DNA of 64,000 nucleotides from Chrysomallon squamiferum (GCA_012295275.1 CM022678.1:15190001-15254000), one strand, 5' to 3'; positions 1-15,479 are shown, numbered from the stretch's first letter. A program made the numbers and translations. The notes: generated by a model from the sequence alone, not told the origin.

Positions 1-567
1 GTTATTGACGGCTGTTAGTTATTTTACTATTAGTTATTATTAGTTATTTCTGTCTATTTTCTTATGTAATGAGAGAAAAAATCTACTGTTGCCATTCACG
101 CCAACCACTGAAACATTCACATCCATGAACCGGTTCACAGCAACGTCGCATTAACAACAAATAAATAAATAAAAACATCGTCGGGGCGAAGCTTGGAACG
201 ACAAATAGTTCAGTGGACGTCGACAGCAGCAGACAACGCTTCAAGTGAAGTTTTAACTACAGAGCTGCAGCTCAAGTTACGTGAAAGAAAAAAACTAAAA
301 ACGTTGGTATTACATGACGGTTATATGGATGTGATAGAGATAGCGTGTGTGCGTGTATGTGTTTCTGTGTTTTTACATTTTTGTGTGCACTTGTTTGTAT
401 AGCTACATATATATCTATATGTGTGTGTATGTACGTACGTGTGTATGTATGCATTATGTACATGTTTGTGTTCATGTGTATGTATGTATATCTTTAAATG
501 CATATCTGTGAATGTATAGAAACGATTTATTCATACTACATATGTATATATTTGTATATTTGTGTGC

Positions 568-612
<45 letters not shown>

Positions 613-892
613 TGTGTGTGTAAACACATATAAAATTAATGTATGTATGTATGTATGTACAACTGACATGCCTGCACGAGTCAAGGTAACGGGTCAGTTA
701 CGTGATACACGTGGTGACGTGGAAGGTTACTCTCACTTTACTCCACTCAGCAGATTTCGTTCACTGTCAGATCTGCTGACAAAGCTTTTCACTTTTTTAA
801 CATCACATTTTTCTACATCTGACGTGACACAAATTTCTCCTTTTTAAATTTAAAAACAACAGTAACAACAATAACACAAACATTACTGGCTA

Positions 893-933
<41 letters not shown>

Positions 934-1012
934 ATAATAATAATAATAACAACAACAACAACAACAATAATAATAATTATAATTAGATAACAGTAGTAGT
1001 AGTATTATCTAA

Positions 1013-1047
<35 letters not shown>

Positions 1048-2691
1048 AAGTAAAAGTAACAATAATTTAAAAGCTAGACATTTTTTTTTACTCTCTAACA
1101 TGACACTAATGTTATCTGTTCACAAGTCAGCTCGTATTATTAGATCACTGTGAGATAATGCAGGGTTGAAATGGCTTGTAAAAATGTATTTTGCACTCTG
1201 TTTTGACGGGGTGAAAACGATCGTTCGCACGTGATAAGCAGGCGCGATCCGTTAACACGTGTTCAGCATCGCGCGAACATTAATACCCCAGATTAGCGTA
1301 TCACGCAGATCACGTGTTCATTTGCTTTACGACAATTGTATCCAATTTGTTTTCTTTTATTGCAATAAATCATTTATGGAAAAGATATGAGAATCAGTTT
1401 GCAAACTGTTTTTTTTTTTTTTTGCTTTTTAAATATTTGCGATAACCTTATAGGCTGCAGATTGTTGTTTTGTTGTACAGACATGTTAGAGATGTCTGTT
1501 TGATAAAATACATGTCATATCTTTTTCACACAACTACTGCAAACAGGTACCGTTATGTCCACTACTTTAGAAAGAAAACAAAAAAACAACAACTCTTCAC
1601 TCTGGTTTAAAAAAAAACAGTCTTATTTAAAAAAAAAAAAATGATAAAAAATTGAAAAAAATAATGTACATATACAAAATTATAAAACTCTTACTTCCAC
1701 TAGTACTACTTTCTATACTACTACTATTATTAATAATTCAACTACTATCCACTTTTTAATTCTACAGAAAGACGAAAAAAAAGTAAAACAGATATATAAA
1801 TATAAGAAACAAATAAAAGAAACTTGCCTCAATAGCCTATAAATAATCATTTATAATTAAATAATCATTTATAATTGAATAATCATTTCTTTCTTTCACA
1901 AACATATATGCAAAATATGTATATAAGTATACACACACACAGACATACACACATAAACAGCGGAAAAAAAGAAATGATAATAAATAAACAACAATAACAA
2001 AAACAACAAAGAAAGTAATGATTAAGGAAAGAAATGCTAGAGAGGAGAATGGCAGCGAGTGGGTGACCGTCCAGCGTGAGACGGGCTCAGAACGAGAGTT
2101 CTCGCTTTCATTTACTTATCTCTAAATACTTTTATGTTTTCACTGTAAACAAATTAGCTGATATTCTCCACTTCCCGCTCAATTGGTTTTCAAGAATGCT
2201 CGGCAATATGGCCGTCGACTGAACTTACTTTTATCTTTCAGTTGTCTCTGACAGTAACGACAGCACGTGCGCCCCTCGTGCGTTATTAATGAGAATGCGA
2301 TCGGCCTTTGTGTTGTACACATTTGTTATTTGTATTAAATACACGTGTTAACAAAGTGAGAGCTGTGAAATATACTTTATATGTACTTTCCAGATATTTA
2401 GTGTTTTATGGATTCTATTCATTAGTTAGTGTTACTGTTATTATTACTGTTAGAATTGCTTAGTTATATTACTACTGCAGTACTATTTGTACTACCACAA
2501 GTATATCTATAATAATAAAAAGAAGAAACAAGAAAAAGAAAACATGCATTTGTATAGATTATATAAACAATACTACATCGACGACGACAACAACAATAAT
2601 ATCAATCTATTAAAATTATTTATCAGTGCAAATATCTCACTGTACGACGGCAGGAAATGCCTGCACATAGACACTAATACACGCACGCACT

Positions 2692-2790
<99 letters not shown>

Positions 2791-3296
2791 TAAGATGTAT
2801 TAAGGTAACGGGTAAAGTGCGCGACCTACCCACTCACTTCAATCAAACAAAATGAACAGAAAAGTAAAGAAAATTTATCTCAGATGAAAGCGATGAAGTC
2901 TTTACCTGCCAGTAATAACGACAAGGTACGAGCCATTATTTCACTCGTAGTCCTGCTACCGAACTAGAAACGACCACAAAGACACACAAACCTCTTAACC
3001 TGCACTTTCATGTCGCCGATTTCTGCCAATAACAGTAACTAACTGGTAGCCATAAGTTTTATTAATTTTATAAACTATTTTAAATTGTCTCTTTTCAGTC
3101 TTCATACATTATTAAAATGTTCCCGTTGAAGTTCCCTGGATGAATTCTTTAATCATGATAACTTAGTTTATAGATTTTACATCCGGGACAGTTGGCAGCC
3201 TATCTTTGTCACTTTTGTTTGTAACGAACAGTTTAAGGAATTTCTTTAAAAAGTTTAATTTTTCTCCAGTTTTTTTGACAAATGTTGCTAAGTATG

Positions 3297-3332
<36 letters not shown>

Positions 3333-3337
3333 ACGCG

Positions 3338-3417
<80 letters not shown>

Positions 3418-4199
3418 TTTACTTTCATTATTATTAATTTTTAAACTTTATAATTCTGTATGAAAAGAACCATTCTTCTGTATATCTTAACCTGTTGCAT
3501 CTACTTCGTATCTAAAAAATACCAAAAAGTATTCTAAGAATTTTTGATAAATTCTTATATTATGTTATTATTACGACCATAACACAACAAGTGTATTTAT
3601 TATTATAAATGAAATATGTTCAATCATATTTACACTTAAAATTATTAGAAGCATTATTATTATAATCATCAAGCATCATGATCATCCTCGTCTTCATTAT
3701 CATAATTACTATTATTATTATTATTTATCATCATCATCATCATCATACTGCTCAGTGATCGCGGTAATACGACTTACATCACTGTCACTTGATGCAGACA
3801 AAGAATAATTTAATTGTTTGACGAGTGTAATCGTATTAAGATTACGTTCAGCGGTATAGTACGAAAATCAAATAAACGTGTTTACCTTCACGTGACAGTA
3901 AATACCTTGTAGAGAACTCCCCTTGTTTACGTCACATCGTTATTTGTTTGCGTCATCTCGTTACGCTTAAACCTGTTTACAAACAGATAAGAATAGATCA
4001 ACAAACGAAACATTACTTTGATATCGAGCTTCATCCCCCGTGAGTACAAAATATACAACTTTACCAAGTTGTAACTTTCACACCTGTAAAAATATAGCAT
4101 TTCTGCATCTGATGACGTAATTGATAATTATTCTAATAATAGCTGGTACACATGTAATATAATGATGATGGTGATGATATAATATTATTATTAATAATA

Positions 4200-4241
<42 letters not shown>

Positions 4242-6011
4242 GGATGATGATGTAATATTAATTTTAGGAATTGTAATACATGTAGTATCATTATTCTTAT
4301 ATTTATTATTATTATTATTATTATTAATAGTAGTAGTAGTAGCAGCAGCAGCAGCAGCAATAATATTGGTGATTGTAATGGTATAAATTAGAACAGAATA
4401 GTTATTTAATTACATGCAAAATTGTGGTAATAACTGTGACTATATGGGATGACTATGACTGTCGTTTTGTTGACTACTGTTGTATATGATAACAGTAACT
4501 GATGACTGTGACAGTAGTTTTGGTGACTATGATTGTATATGGAGGATTACTGGGTAATACCTGACATCAGTAGATTAATCAATGATCTTTAGGATGTTGA
4601 TACCGTTTAGCATTCTAAAAATAACCGAAGTATGTCTACGATTTTCAGTTTCATATAGGAAGATGACTTAAAAATTGTCGAGATATTTAGACATCGTCGT
4701 CCGATTGTTTAGTGCAGGTACTTAGAGAACGGAAGTGCTGTCACATGCTGAATGTTGCGGTTAGCTTGACCGATTAGGCACGTGCAGTTAGATTACTCAT
4801 ATTACAAATATTTACTCGTGTTAATTACACTTTGCTGTCATGCTCATGTGACATTAGAGTTTAATATTAACATTTTAGTCGCCTTTTGAAAAGAGTACTA
4901 CTCTCATCACTGCCACTGTTGCTGCTGCTTCAGCTACTACTACTACTACTACCACTACTACTACTACAATTACTCTATTGTTATTATATTTTACTACTAT
5001 CTTTCAATATTTAAAAAGATACAATAAACTGAAGTACAGTAAAATAATACTAAAACAAGCTTACTATATTTATTTTAAATATTTATTTTTAAAACGATAC
5101 ATCGTCATAAAGATGACTAAAAAATGTGAGTATGCACACATAAATTTTTTAAGATATAGGCCTGTAATATATTTTTATAATGTGTATATGCCCCCCCCCA
5201 TCCCACGTCCACCGCCACTTATCCCTGTAGTCAAGCTGTTGAAAAATTGTAATCTCAATAAAATATTTATCGTATTTTTCTCTTGAACATTTGTAAAATA
5301 TGAAATGTTTCTTGATGAAACTTGAAACGGCAGCCACGACTTCATTAATCTAAATAGTGTCTGCTCGACCAAGCGCTGACGGGTAGAATTACATTTAATT
5401 GAAAACAGCGTAGATAAGACGACAATGGCGGATTGTTGTGCTAACAAACTTGCTAAAGCTCGAGTTAAAACAATACTGTTAAGATAGTTATTTGAGATTG
5501 TCACTTTAAAAACGATAAGACAAAAATGAACTTTCTCTGGTTGCTAAAGAATCTGTCGTTCTGCTTGTAACATGGGGAAAAAAGTACAAGTTCAGTTTGT
5601 CATTAAACGTAATCATGTAATAACGTCTGTTGAAATGTCGGTTAACTAAAAAGAACAGCCATGTTTACGTTTGTGAGAGTGTATGAAACAAGAACAGAAA
5701 TGAAAGACAGACGAACGGACGGTGAATCGGGCAGCGAGAATGAAAGTGTGGTAACATTCTCACGGTACTTTCTGTCTGACAAACACGAGGTGGATCCCAG
5801 GAGATCCCCACTCCCACGGACAGCGATTCCGATGTGCAGTGGCGTCATCTTCGTAATTAACATATCTGTATCGCCAAGCACGTCCCAGCGGGAGGTATTT
5901 AGATCAGCCACAGACCGCTGCAACGCTGACTGTTGTATCATTAACATCGTAATTAATTACCGGTAAAAATTAATGAATCGTAAATAAATTACAGTCAGTA
6001 TTAAACCACTA

Positions 6012-6280
6012 CATGCGGAGGATCCCATATCAGAAATACAAAAATACCACAATCCGAAACTTTTCTCGAGCCGCAGACATCTTACACTAACTTTATTTTA
6101 AGCACAAAAGTAATAAAAATATTGTGTATTTGTATAGGCTGCATATAAAATATAAACTGATTTTGTATTTAGACTTAGATCCTATGCAACAGGCTCTCTC
6201 CTTACATTCCAAAATCCGAAAAATTCCGAAACACGAAAACATCCAGTGCCAACCATTTCAGATAAAGGAATTTAAACCTG
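6012..6280. mobile_element. Non-autonomous pogo/Tigger-type MITE (Tigger4/Zombi-like)
   Basis: It is flanked by TA at 6010-6011 and 6281-6282. The degenerate 26-bp TIRs match at 16/26 positions (catgcggaggatcccatatcagaaat versus the reverse complement caggtttaaattcctttatctgaaat), and subterminal (A)TCCGAAA repeats are present. Family assignment is from recalled consensus only. Confidence 0.7.
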
Positions 6281-6350
6281 TATTATATTTCTTTATATAT
6301 TTATAGTAGTAGTATTAGTAATATTAGTATTATAACCAGTTTTCAAAATA

Positions 6351-6522
6351 TGTGTGGGAAGAGCTTACAAAAATAATTTATTCTCAATCATTTACTTTAA
6401 AACAGCCGATCCCTAATTTCACTTTGAAATTGATTTGTGTGGGAAGAGTTTAAAAAAATAATTTATTATCAATCATTTTATTTTAAAAACTGCCGATCCC
6501 TGTTTCACTTTGAAGCTGATTT
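6351..6522 (+). repeat. 85-bp tandem duplication, each copy beginning with TGTGGGAA
   Basis: Two aligned copies start at 6351 and 6436. Confidence 0.85.
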
Positions 6523-6685
6523 TTGTGCACTTTAAGGTGTGGGCGTCGTCTTCATAGTAAAACAAAAACAAAAACACCAACCAACCACAACAGCAATGAT
6601 GTAACATGGCTAAATTTTTATAATTAAATTATTTATTAAACAGTAGTAATAATAAAAATACTATTGTTACTGCTATTGTTATTAC

Positions 6686-6755
<70 letters not shown>

Positions 6756-7808
6756 TTTTCAGTACATTGTAAACGTTGTAAGTCAGCTATTTACTAACTT
6801 ATTTTGAAATAATTTGTTTCTGAAATAGCCGATGTTTTGTGCGGGGGGGGGGTCGTTAAACAAACAAACAAATAAAATAAAGAGTAACTGTGGTAGCTGC
6901 AGTATCATCGACAGTAAATTATTATTATTCATTAGTTTATTTTCTTTGTTGGAATTTTGTTCACGAAAAAAGAAAAAAAGAAACATGTGACCTCCTGTGG
7001 CGTTGTCGTGGGTGCTGTCCTACCGCAGAGTCAAAGTCGAGCTGTCAGAATATTCACGTCTCGTCAACTGTGTGTCAAACAGCGCCGGCAACTGACAACT
7101 AACACGCCACTCAACACGCGAGCAGCACGTGCAGTGTCTGCTACGACCACTTCTCTGGAACATCTAGTAGCAGGCCCGACTTCCGTATTCGTTACGTGAA
7201 GTTAAATCTGTTAAATCCCAACACAGTAATAAATAAATAAATAAATAAATAAATAAATATGTAAATAAATATGTAAATAAATAAGAATATATATATATAT
7301 ACACACATATATATATAACAACGGTAACAGCATAATAATAATAATAAAAATAATAATAAAACTGGTTGTAAATAAATAAATAAATATGTAAATAAATAAA
7401 TAAGAATGAGTATATATAACAACAGTATCAACAACACAATACTACTGGTAATAATCAACAATAACAACAGTTATAATAGTTAAAGTGGTTTAGTAAATAA
7501 ATGAATTAGAATTTATCAGTAACAACAGCAGCAACAACAACAACAACAATAATAATAATAATAATAATCATAATAATAATATAATAACAATAACAATAAT
7601 AGCAATAATAGTAGTTAAAGATATTGAATAGAGTTATTCGTGTGTTTGGATTAATTAGTATTTAAAATTGGAGCAAGTTTACATTATATCGGAAATGCGG
7701 AACTTCATCAAATCACTGTCAACTATTCCCCTTTACAGAAAATAGGAACTGGTTAATATTGATTAAAACATAGTTTCGTGCTTTTGATTCTAACATCATT
7801 AATATTTA

Positions 7809-7859
<51 letters not shown>

Positions 7860-10157
7860 ATTTAAATTCTGTTAACAAGAATGAGAACATATTCTTTATG
7901 AAAATTAATATTCAGTCCAAATTTTTAATTTTGAATATACTGCCGTCTTATTCAAAACAGAAATAAATTAAAAAAAAAAAAAACAAAGGTCTCTAAAATA
8001 GTTATTAAATAACAGATAATTAATAATAATAATAACAATAACAACAACACTAACAAAAAGACAACAACAACAACAACAAAATAGCAACGTAGTTTGTTCT
8101 CTGGAAGTAAGCTACACTGCATCGGTTACGCTAGAATAGGGGCAGATAACTCCCATTTCACAACCCCACTGACACCTGTTTCTCATTTCAGATAACGTCT
8201 GCTATGTTTGTTCTGCGAGTTGAAGTCTCTTCAAGAACTGGAAGGAGAACTTTAAATCTTTAGCAAATAATAATATTAAAAAGAAACAAAAGAAATATCT
8301 AGACATCATTAATTATAATTATTTAATTTATAAAACTGATAAAATTAAATATTTGTGTTCCTCTCTTCAAAGGACCGCGTGAATTTGAATTTGCTTACTT
8401 ATCGTTTTCAGAAATGGTCTATCAGTTGAGAAATTTCATTAGTTTTTTGTCTCTGTTTTTTATTAATTTATTTTTTTCATTCGACAATGTTAAACAAAAA
8501 TGAACCATTTCAGTTTTATGCTGACTTCATATCAACATGTCCAGTCATAAATCGTCAACGTTTATAGATTTTATATGTGATATTTTTTCATGACCCAGTC
8601 CCAGCACTGCCGCCAAAGTGCACGAGCTTAGAGATCTGATGTATCTACCATAAGCATTAGTTTAATACAAACAAAACACGTATCAGGGTTTGCAAATCTC
8701 GGAATACATCACGAGAGATTGAGAAAATGAGGTTTCTCGAGTTAAAGAGTCATTTTGTTTCAAACACTGCTACGTCCACAATTTTCAGAACGTCACAAAA
8801 AAAAAAAAAAAAAAAAAAAAAAAATTATGTCGTGTAAACTTAGAAAAAGAGAAATAACATACATGTGTTAGTAAATATGAGAATTTATTATCATCTTTCA
8901 GACTTTTAATACTAAATATAGATTAAAACTCCAGCCTTTTATCAAAAAATTTCATAATATTTTTAAACAGATAGATAAAAGATTAATTTAAAAATTATTT
9001 TCTTATTTTAAAGATTATTCAAACAAGAATATTAACTATATCTTCACAAACAGATGTTTTTCGTGTATAATAAATAAAAACAACTATCTTCTTTATATGC
9101 AACAAACACTGGCTTGCACAATATATTTAAATTCAGTTAAACATTTTATTTATGCAATAATAAATTAAATATTCTAGCTAATTTTTTTTTTTTTAACAAT
9201 AGTATTAAAATTATTTTATTTTCTTGCTTTTAATATCCATAATGGTGAATATTTTATTATAAGACAGATATTAGGTTTTATATTATTGTAAAACTCTGAT
9301 TGCAAGGGAGGGAGAAACAAATAAAGAAATTATGAAAAAAATATATGTGTCTTTATGTAAATGTACATTACTTAACTAAGTAGATTTCTGTGGACTTTCG
9401 TGTGTCTGTACGTAATATATATTTATGTACGAGTATAACCGTGTACGTTTCTGTGTGTTGTATCAGATGTTTGAATATAAAACTTAAGCAAAACAGAGCA
9501 TTTTTCACTATTCGTAGAAGTCACAGAGGCAAAAAGGTAACCTTGCCAACAAAACTTAAAGTGTTTTAAACATTAAATTTTCAAACTGACTCTAGTGAGA
9601 CAAGTTACCATTTAAAAAAAGAATGCAAAAAAACCCATATTTTTAAATAATTATTTTTTTCAACAGAAAAAATCTAGCTTTTTTAGTCTTTAAGACGACG
9701 TAAATCAATTTATCAGATGAGATGCATACTTGAGTGTAACCAAAGCAGAAATTCACTTCAAAAACGTATTTCGACGACAAATCTCAAATGTAATTTATGT
9801 AAGATAAGGTCGCCCTTTACCCCTAAGTTTCACTTTTTACAACAGTTCTATATCCATTTACATAATGTTTTAGAAAATTCCCACGAACTGGAATTTTTCA
9901 TCATGATAATCAAACTGCAAAGTGCGCCCCATATTGTGTCTAACTTGGCTTGTTTCTCCTTCAAATGTCTTGTAACTCACGGTAAAGTATCTTCTAATAA
10001 TGTCAAAAAAATGTGTGATATTGCATCCACGACTTATTTGGACCACACTCGTGTTGTACGAACGTTGACAGGTTTCTGAGAAAAATATAACAAAAGTCAG
10101 GCAAGTCGACGAGGAGGTCTTCATAAGTAAAATTTTCACTTCATTTGTTTAATCACT

Positions 10158-10244
<87 letters not shown>

Positions 10245-10512
10245 CTATTTGTCAATCTATCTCTCCTTCTCTTACTCACTCTCTCTCAAAATGAATACTA
10301 ACATTTCTCTTTCTTTTTTTCCTAAACAAATTTCCCTCTCTTACTGATAGGTGGTTAACTGATTTAATTATTTTATTTTAATTATAAAAAAAAAGCATAT
10401 AATAATAATAATAATGATAATAATAATAATAAATAACAATAATAATAATAATATAATAATAATATTAATATTAATAATAATAACAACAGTAATAACTGAA
10501 TGAATGAATGAA

Positions 10513-10543
<31 letters not shown>

Positions 10544-12144
10544 ACTTAAAAGATGATGAATTAAATACGAGCTTATTTCTGTACAAAGATATATCAACAG
10601 TAAACATGGAACTGTAAAGAGTTAATCTATATCTTGCTAACGAAATACATGTCTAACGTTACCTGCTGTATAATCTTCTAAAAAAGCGAATGTTAAAACT
10701 AATCTACATCTCTCCGAGTTGTCAAAATATATTATATTGTTTATATATTTTGTTTTCATTCTTGTTTTTAGTTTCATTTGGTTTTGAATTTTTTTTTTTT
10801 TTTTTTTTTTTTTTATTACATTCTTTTTAATTTTAATTTATTTATTTATTTTACTTTTTTACTTACTTTTTTTTTTTACTTTTTTTATTTATGCATTTTA
10901 TTATTTTATTTTATTTTTCTCTTCCATTCAAGAGTAACACTATTTTACATATGTCAGTTTTTGTATGAAGTTTGCATTAGTAAATTTATGCAAAATAAAT
11001 TAATCTCGACTTTTCTATGCGTCTTATTTCAGTTATGTAATAATGATGATGATGATGATGATAATGTTTCTTGGAATATTTGTTTGGTATACTCTTTATT
11101 TATTCATTTATGTTATTAAATTTAAAAAATTAATTTTACTATATTTTTATTTGGTTCTTTTCTTTCTTTTCTAATTTATTCTCTTTTGCTAAAACGTGTT
11201 ACTTCAAAAGGGGCTGGCAGCTTCGTGCATTCACTAATCTTATCTGCATGGATTAATCTTAATTGTGTTTAATAATAATTAATATGTAGTCCTAAAGAGA
11301 AGGTTTAATTAAGAAATGAACCATATCTAAAGATAACAGTTTCCCTGTTCAAACATTATTTCTTACAGCGTTAAACTTGTTTTGAAATGTTAACCGTTTA
11401 CAGGAGATCTCGTTACATGCGAGATTATACGAGACGAGCACGAAGTGTAAAATTGTCGTCATTTAGTAGTGGTATATTTCAAGGAAACCGCTCTACCCCT
11501 GAAATCTAACACCTTGTCTTTGATTGTCTCGTGCGGTTCCAGCATCCATTGTCGTCTAAGTAGTTCTTTGATCTGAAGATTTCCTAATTATGGTTAATTA
11601 TTGATTAAACAATTTCAACCTGTCGCGATGTTTCACGCTCGCTTTTAACAAGGCGTGAAAAAACTAACATTCGTTCTCCAACAGTGATTTTAAACTCGAT
11701 CATCCGTTATTCTCCTTCTTACCGAGAAAAACAATCTCTTTTACAAATATGACAGTTTACTTTAGTTACACTATTAGCAGTATTTATTTTTACTTTTAAC
11801 ATTTTTGTTTTTCGTTTGAAAATGCAAAACAGTAAAAGAGTACAATTTTGAGACACTCAACACTCACATACGCAAACATTCACATACAAAAACAAACATG
11901 AAGGCACAGATAATTAAACATACACATAAACAAACATAATTATGTATTAAATAGAAGAGAGAGTAACAGTGACTCAGAAATGTCTACCAGTATTTTAAAA
12001 AGTAAATATCGTTGTAGGAACTGACAGTGCTGTTAATAGAATTAATCTCTCAGTAAAATTATTCTTTATTTCATGTGTTTATAAATTGCGTTGCGTTAAC
12101 TTAGAAATTATTTATTTATTTATTTATTATTATTATTATTAGCA

Positions 12145-12722
12145 GTAGTGGTGGTGGTGGTGCTGGCAGTGGTAGTAGTAGTGGTGGTGGTGGTTGTAGT
12201 AGTAGTAGTAGACGTAGTAGTGAGGTATTGGTGGTGGTGCTGGTGATGGTATTAGTAGTGGTAGTAATAGTGATGGTGGTGCTGGTGGTGCTGGTGGTGG
12301 TGGTAGTAGTAATAGCTGTAGTAGTTATAGTAGTAGTTGTGGTGGTAGTAGTAATAGCTGTAGTAGTTGTAGTAGTAGTAATAGTTGTAGTAGTTGTAGT
12401 AGTAGTTGTGGTGGTAGTAGTAATAGCTGTAGTAGTTGTAGTAGTAGTTGTGGTGGTAGTAGTAATAGCTGTAGTAGTTGTAGTAGTAGTTGTGGTGGTA
12501 GTAGTAATAGCTGTAGTAGTTGTAGTAGTAGTTGTGGTGGTAGTAGTAATAGCTGTAGTAGTTGTAGTAGTAGTTGTGGTGGTAGTAGTAATAGTTGTAT
12601 TAGTTGTAGTAGTAGTGGTGGTGGTAGTAGTAATAGTTGTAGTAGTTGTAGTAGTAGTGGTGGTGGTAGTAGTAATAGCTGTAGTAGTTGTAGTAGTAGT
12701 GGTGGTGGTAGTAGTAATAGTA
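12145..12722. repeat. GTA/GTG trinucleotide array with a 42-bp higher-order unit
   Basis: The unit gtagtaatagctgtagtagttgtagtagtagttgtggtggta is repeated, which produces the spurious poly-Val ORF. Confidence 0.9.
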
Positions 12723-13416
12723 TTTTTTAACTTTTTATCTCATTAATGTCAAAGTTCACTGAAGGAATCAAACTAATTAAATTTAAAATAATCCGTCTCA
12801 GTATTTTAAGTTTCTCTGAAAACGCGAATTTCACTAAACAAACTAACGACTTGTTTCAGATTTATCTTCAACTTCTCCTTGTTAAAACTGTTACAGCTGA
12901 TTGCTCTGCAGTTATCGCGAGTACTCGAGCACCGGGCAGATCGTTTTCTTAGCGGTTAATCTGTATTCTGATTGTGCAATGAGTTGATGATATAATTAAT
13001 TAGTTACAAAAGCAATCATTTAACAGGCGAGATGGAGTTATTTCAGATGTTGTTTTAAAACATCTCTTTTTCACAGCTTTGGCTGCACGAATTTGTAAAG
13101 AAACAACCGTTGTAAACAGACTGAATAATAAACATCACAACTTTGTCTCAAAGTCCTGAAGTGAATCTTATCTGAAACGTTCTCGGACGAAAACGTTATA
13201 AACGTCATCATTAAAAAAATTAATTATTACTTTATTTATTTCTATTTAGCACTAAACCGTAAATATTTGTCTAAATGTCAGTTTAAAAATAATGTTTGTG
13301 GATGTGATTGGTGCGATGGATAGATGGATGAATTACTGGATGTATCTGTATGTGTGTGTTATGTTGTATATAATTACGTACCTACGTACTCTTCTCCTAT
13401 GTGAATTTTTCTTGTT

Positions 13417-13447
<31 letters not shown>

Positions 13448-13530
13448 AAGAACAAATAGAAATATTGATATTTATATGTATGTGAAGAATCTGTGTGTGT
13501 TTTTGTGTGTGTGTGTGCATGTGTGTGTGT

Positions 13531-13579
<49 letters not shown>

Positions 13580-13870
13580 TGTGTGTGTGTGTACGTGTGT
13601 GTACGTGTATAGTTATTATCGCAGTGAACACAACGCTATGCTAAGTGTGCGAGTGTCAGTAGTTTGGATGAAAGAGAAACGAGCAGTTTTCCGTTTCTAC
13701 CACAACTCTTCCTCTTAGTCAGGAAACCCTGATTTAACTCCGTGTTTGTTTGTTTGTTTATTTATTTCATTGTATTTTTAAAACAAGTTTATTATTATTA
13801 TTATTATTTAGTTATATGTCTATATGCATGTAGATGCGCATGTGTGCCTACACATACATACATACATACA

Positions 13871-13990
<120 letters not shown>

Positions 13991-14102
13991 CCTAAAAAGA
14001 GATATATATATACAGACAGACAAATGAGAACTGATTACAAAATTTATTTATACATACAGAACAGACAAATGAGAACTGATTATGGAAATTTCATTTGTAC
14101 AT

Positions 14103-14305
14103 GAGGTTATACATAGAGGTTATGCACAGAGGTTATACATAGAGGTTATACATAGATGTTATGCACAGAGGTTATACATAGAGTTTATACACAGAGGTTA
14201 TGCACAGAGGTTATTCATAGAGGTTATGCACAGAGGTTATACATAGAGGTTAAACACAGAGGTTATGCACAGAGGTTATACATAGAGGTTAAACACAGAG
14301 AGGTT
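14103..14305. repeat. 13-bp minisatellite (atacatagaggtt / atgcacagaggtt), ~15 copies
   Basis: The tandem array is directly visible. Confidence 0.92.
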
Positions 14306-14701
14306 TAACGCGACTACTACTTTTCACCGGACTCGACGTTCTTTTTATTTGACACATTCCACGTTGTAAACTACATCCAGGAGCATGGAGCAGTCTGGTG
14401 CGCTAGGCAATAACATGACGTACTGCATTATTTTATTTTATTTTATTTTATTTTAGTTAGTTAGTTAGTTAGTCAGTCAGTCAGTCAGATAATTAGTTAG
14501 TTAGTTAGTTAATTAGTTATTTGTATGTCTATTTTCTTTTTTTGTGTCTATTCTTTTTCTTGTTTATTTTTTAATTATTTATTTACGACTACCTTAAAAT
14601 GTTTCGTTACTGAAAAATCGGCTTCAGTCATTTATTTATTTATTTATTGGTTTACAGCTTTGTTTCTGAAATCAGTTTCCATGACAATCTAATTTGTTAA
14701 T

Positions 14702-14758
14702 GTCGTCGTCGTAGTGGTTAATCAGTCCCGGGAGACGGCGGGGTCGTGAAGCCGAGGT
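14702..14758 (+). pseudogene. Possible degenerate tRNA(Asp)-like or SINE-head remnant
   Basis: gtagtggttaa resembles an A box, and cgggagacggcggggtcg...ccga resembles the 3' half of tRNA-Asp. The anticodon arm and an intact TTCG are missing. Confidence 0.25.
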
Positions 14759-15083
14759 GTAATTCGGTTATAAATAAAAGCAGGTAACACGAGTTTATCA
14801 AGTACAGGTGAGAATGTACGTACACATACAAGTAGTAGTGAGTTCTCACATCAAAGGGTTGAAAGTCACACTGGGAGTTTTTCTGCAAATACTGAAACCA
14901 AACAAACCGTGAAAGAACAGTTCAAAGTGCATCTCGCTGTTCAAGACTTTCTTCGTAATTCGTAAATGTTGTAGGTTATTTGTACTGCACAAGTAACATT
15001 CGTAGAATTGGTTAGACAAGTTATTATTTTTTTTATTATTATTATTTTTTCTCATAATTATGAAACTCGAGGATCTCTCTCCT

Positions 15084-15196
<113 letters not shown>

Positions 15197-15479
15197 ATTA
15201 TTCTGAATGAAATGTATTTTACATCATATTTTACATTTATGTTTATATAATCTATTTAATATTATGTTACAGTTTAAAATACTTTTCCCTGCAGTAACAT
15301 TATAATGTAAAGCCAGACAGATATGTTTAGTTTAAAGAAAATAATATGTTTTCCCAAATCGTCACAGACATGCAAAGAAAAAAAAAAAAGAAAAAAGAAG
15401 AAAAAAGTAAGAAAGAAAAACTCAGAGACGAACAGATAGACTGAGCGAAGACTAGAAAAACAAACTAAAAATAATTACG

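Noticed and set aside
12228-12746. 172-aa poly-Val ORF (poly-Thr on the opposite strand)
   Set aside because: It is the translation of a GTA/GTG repeat array, with no convincing splice context or domain.
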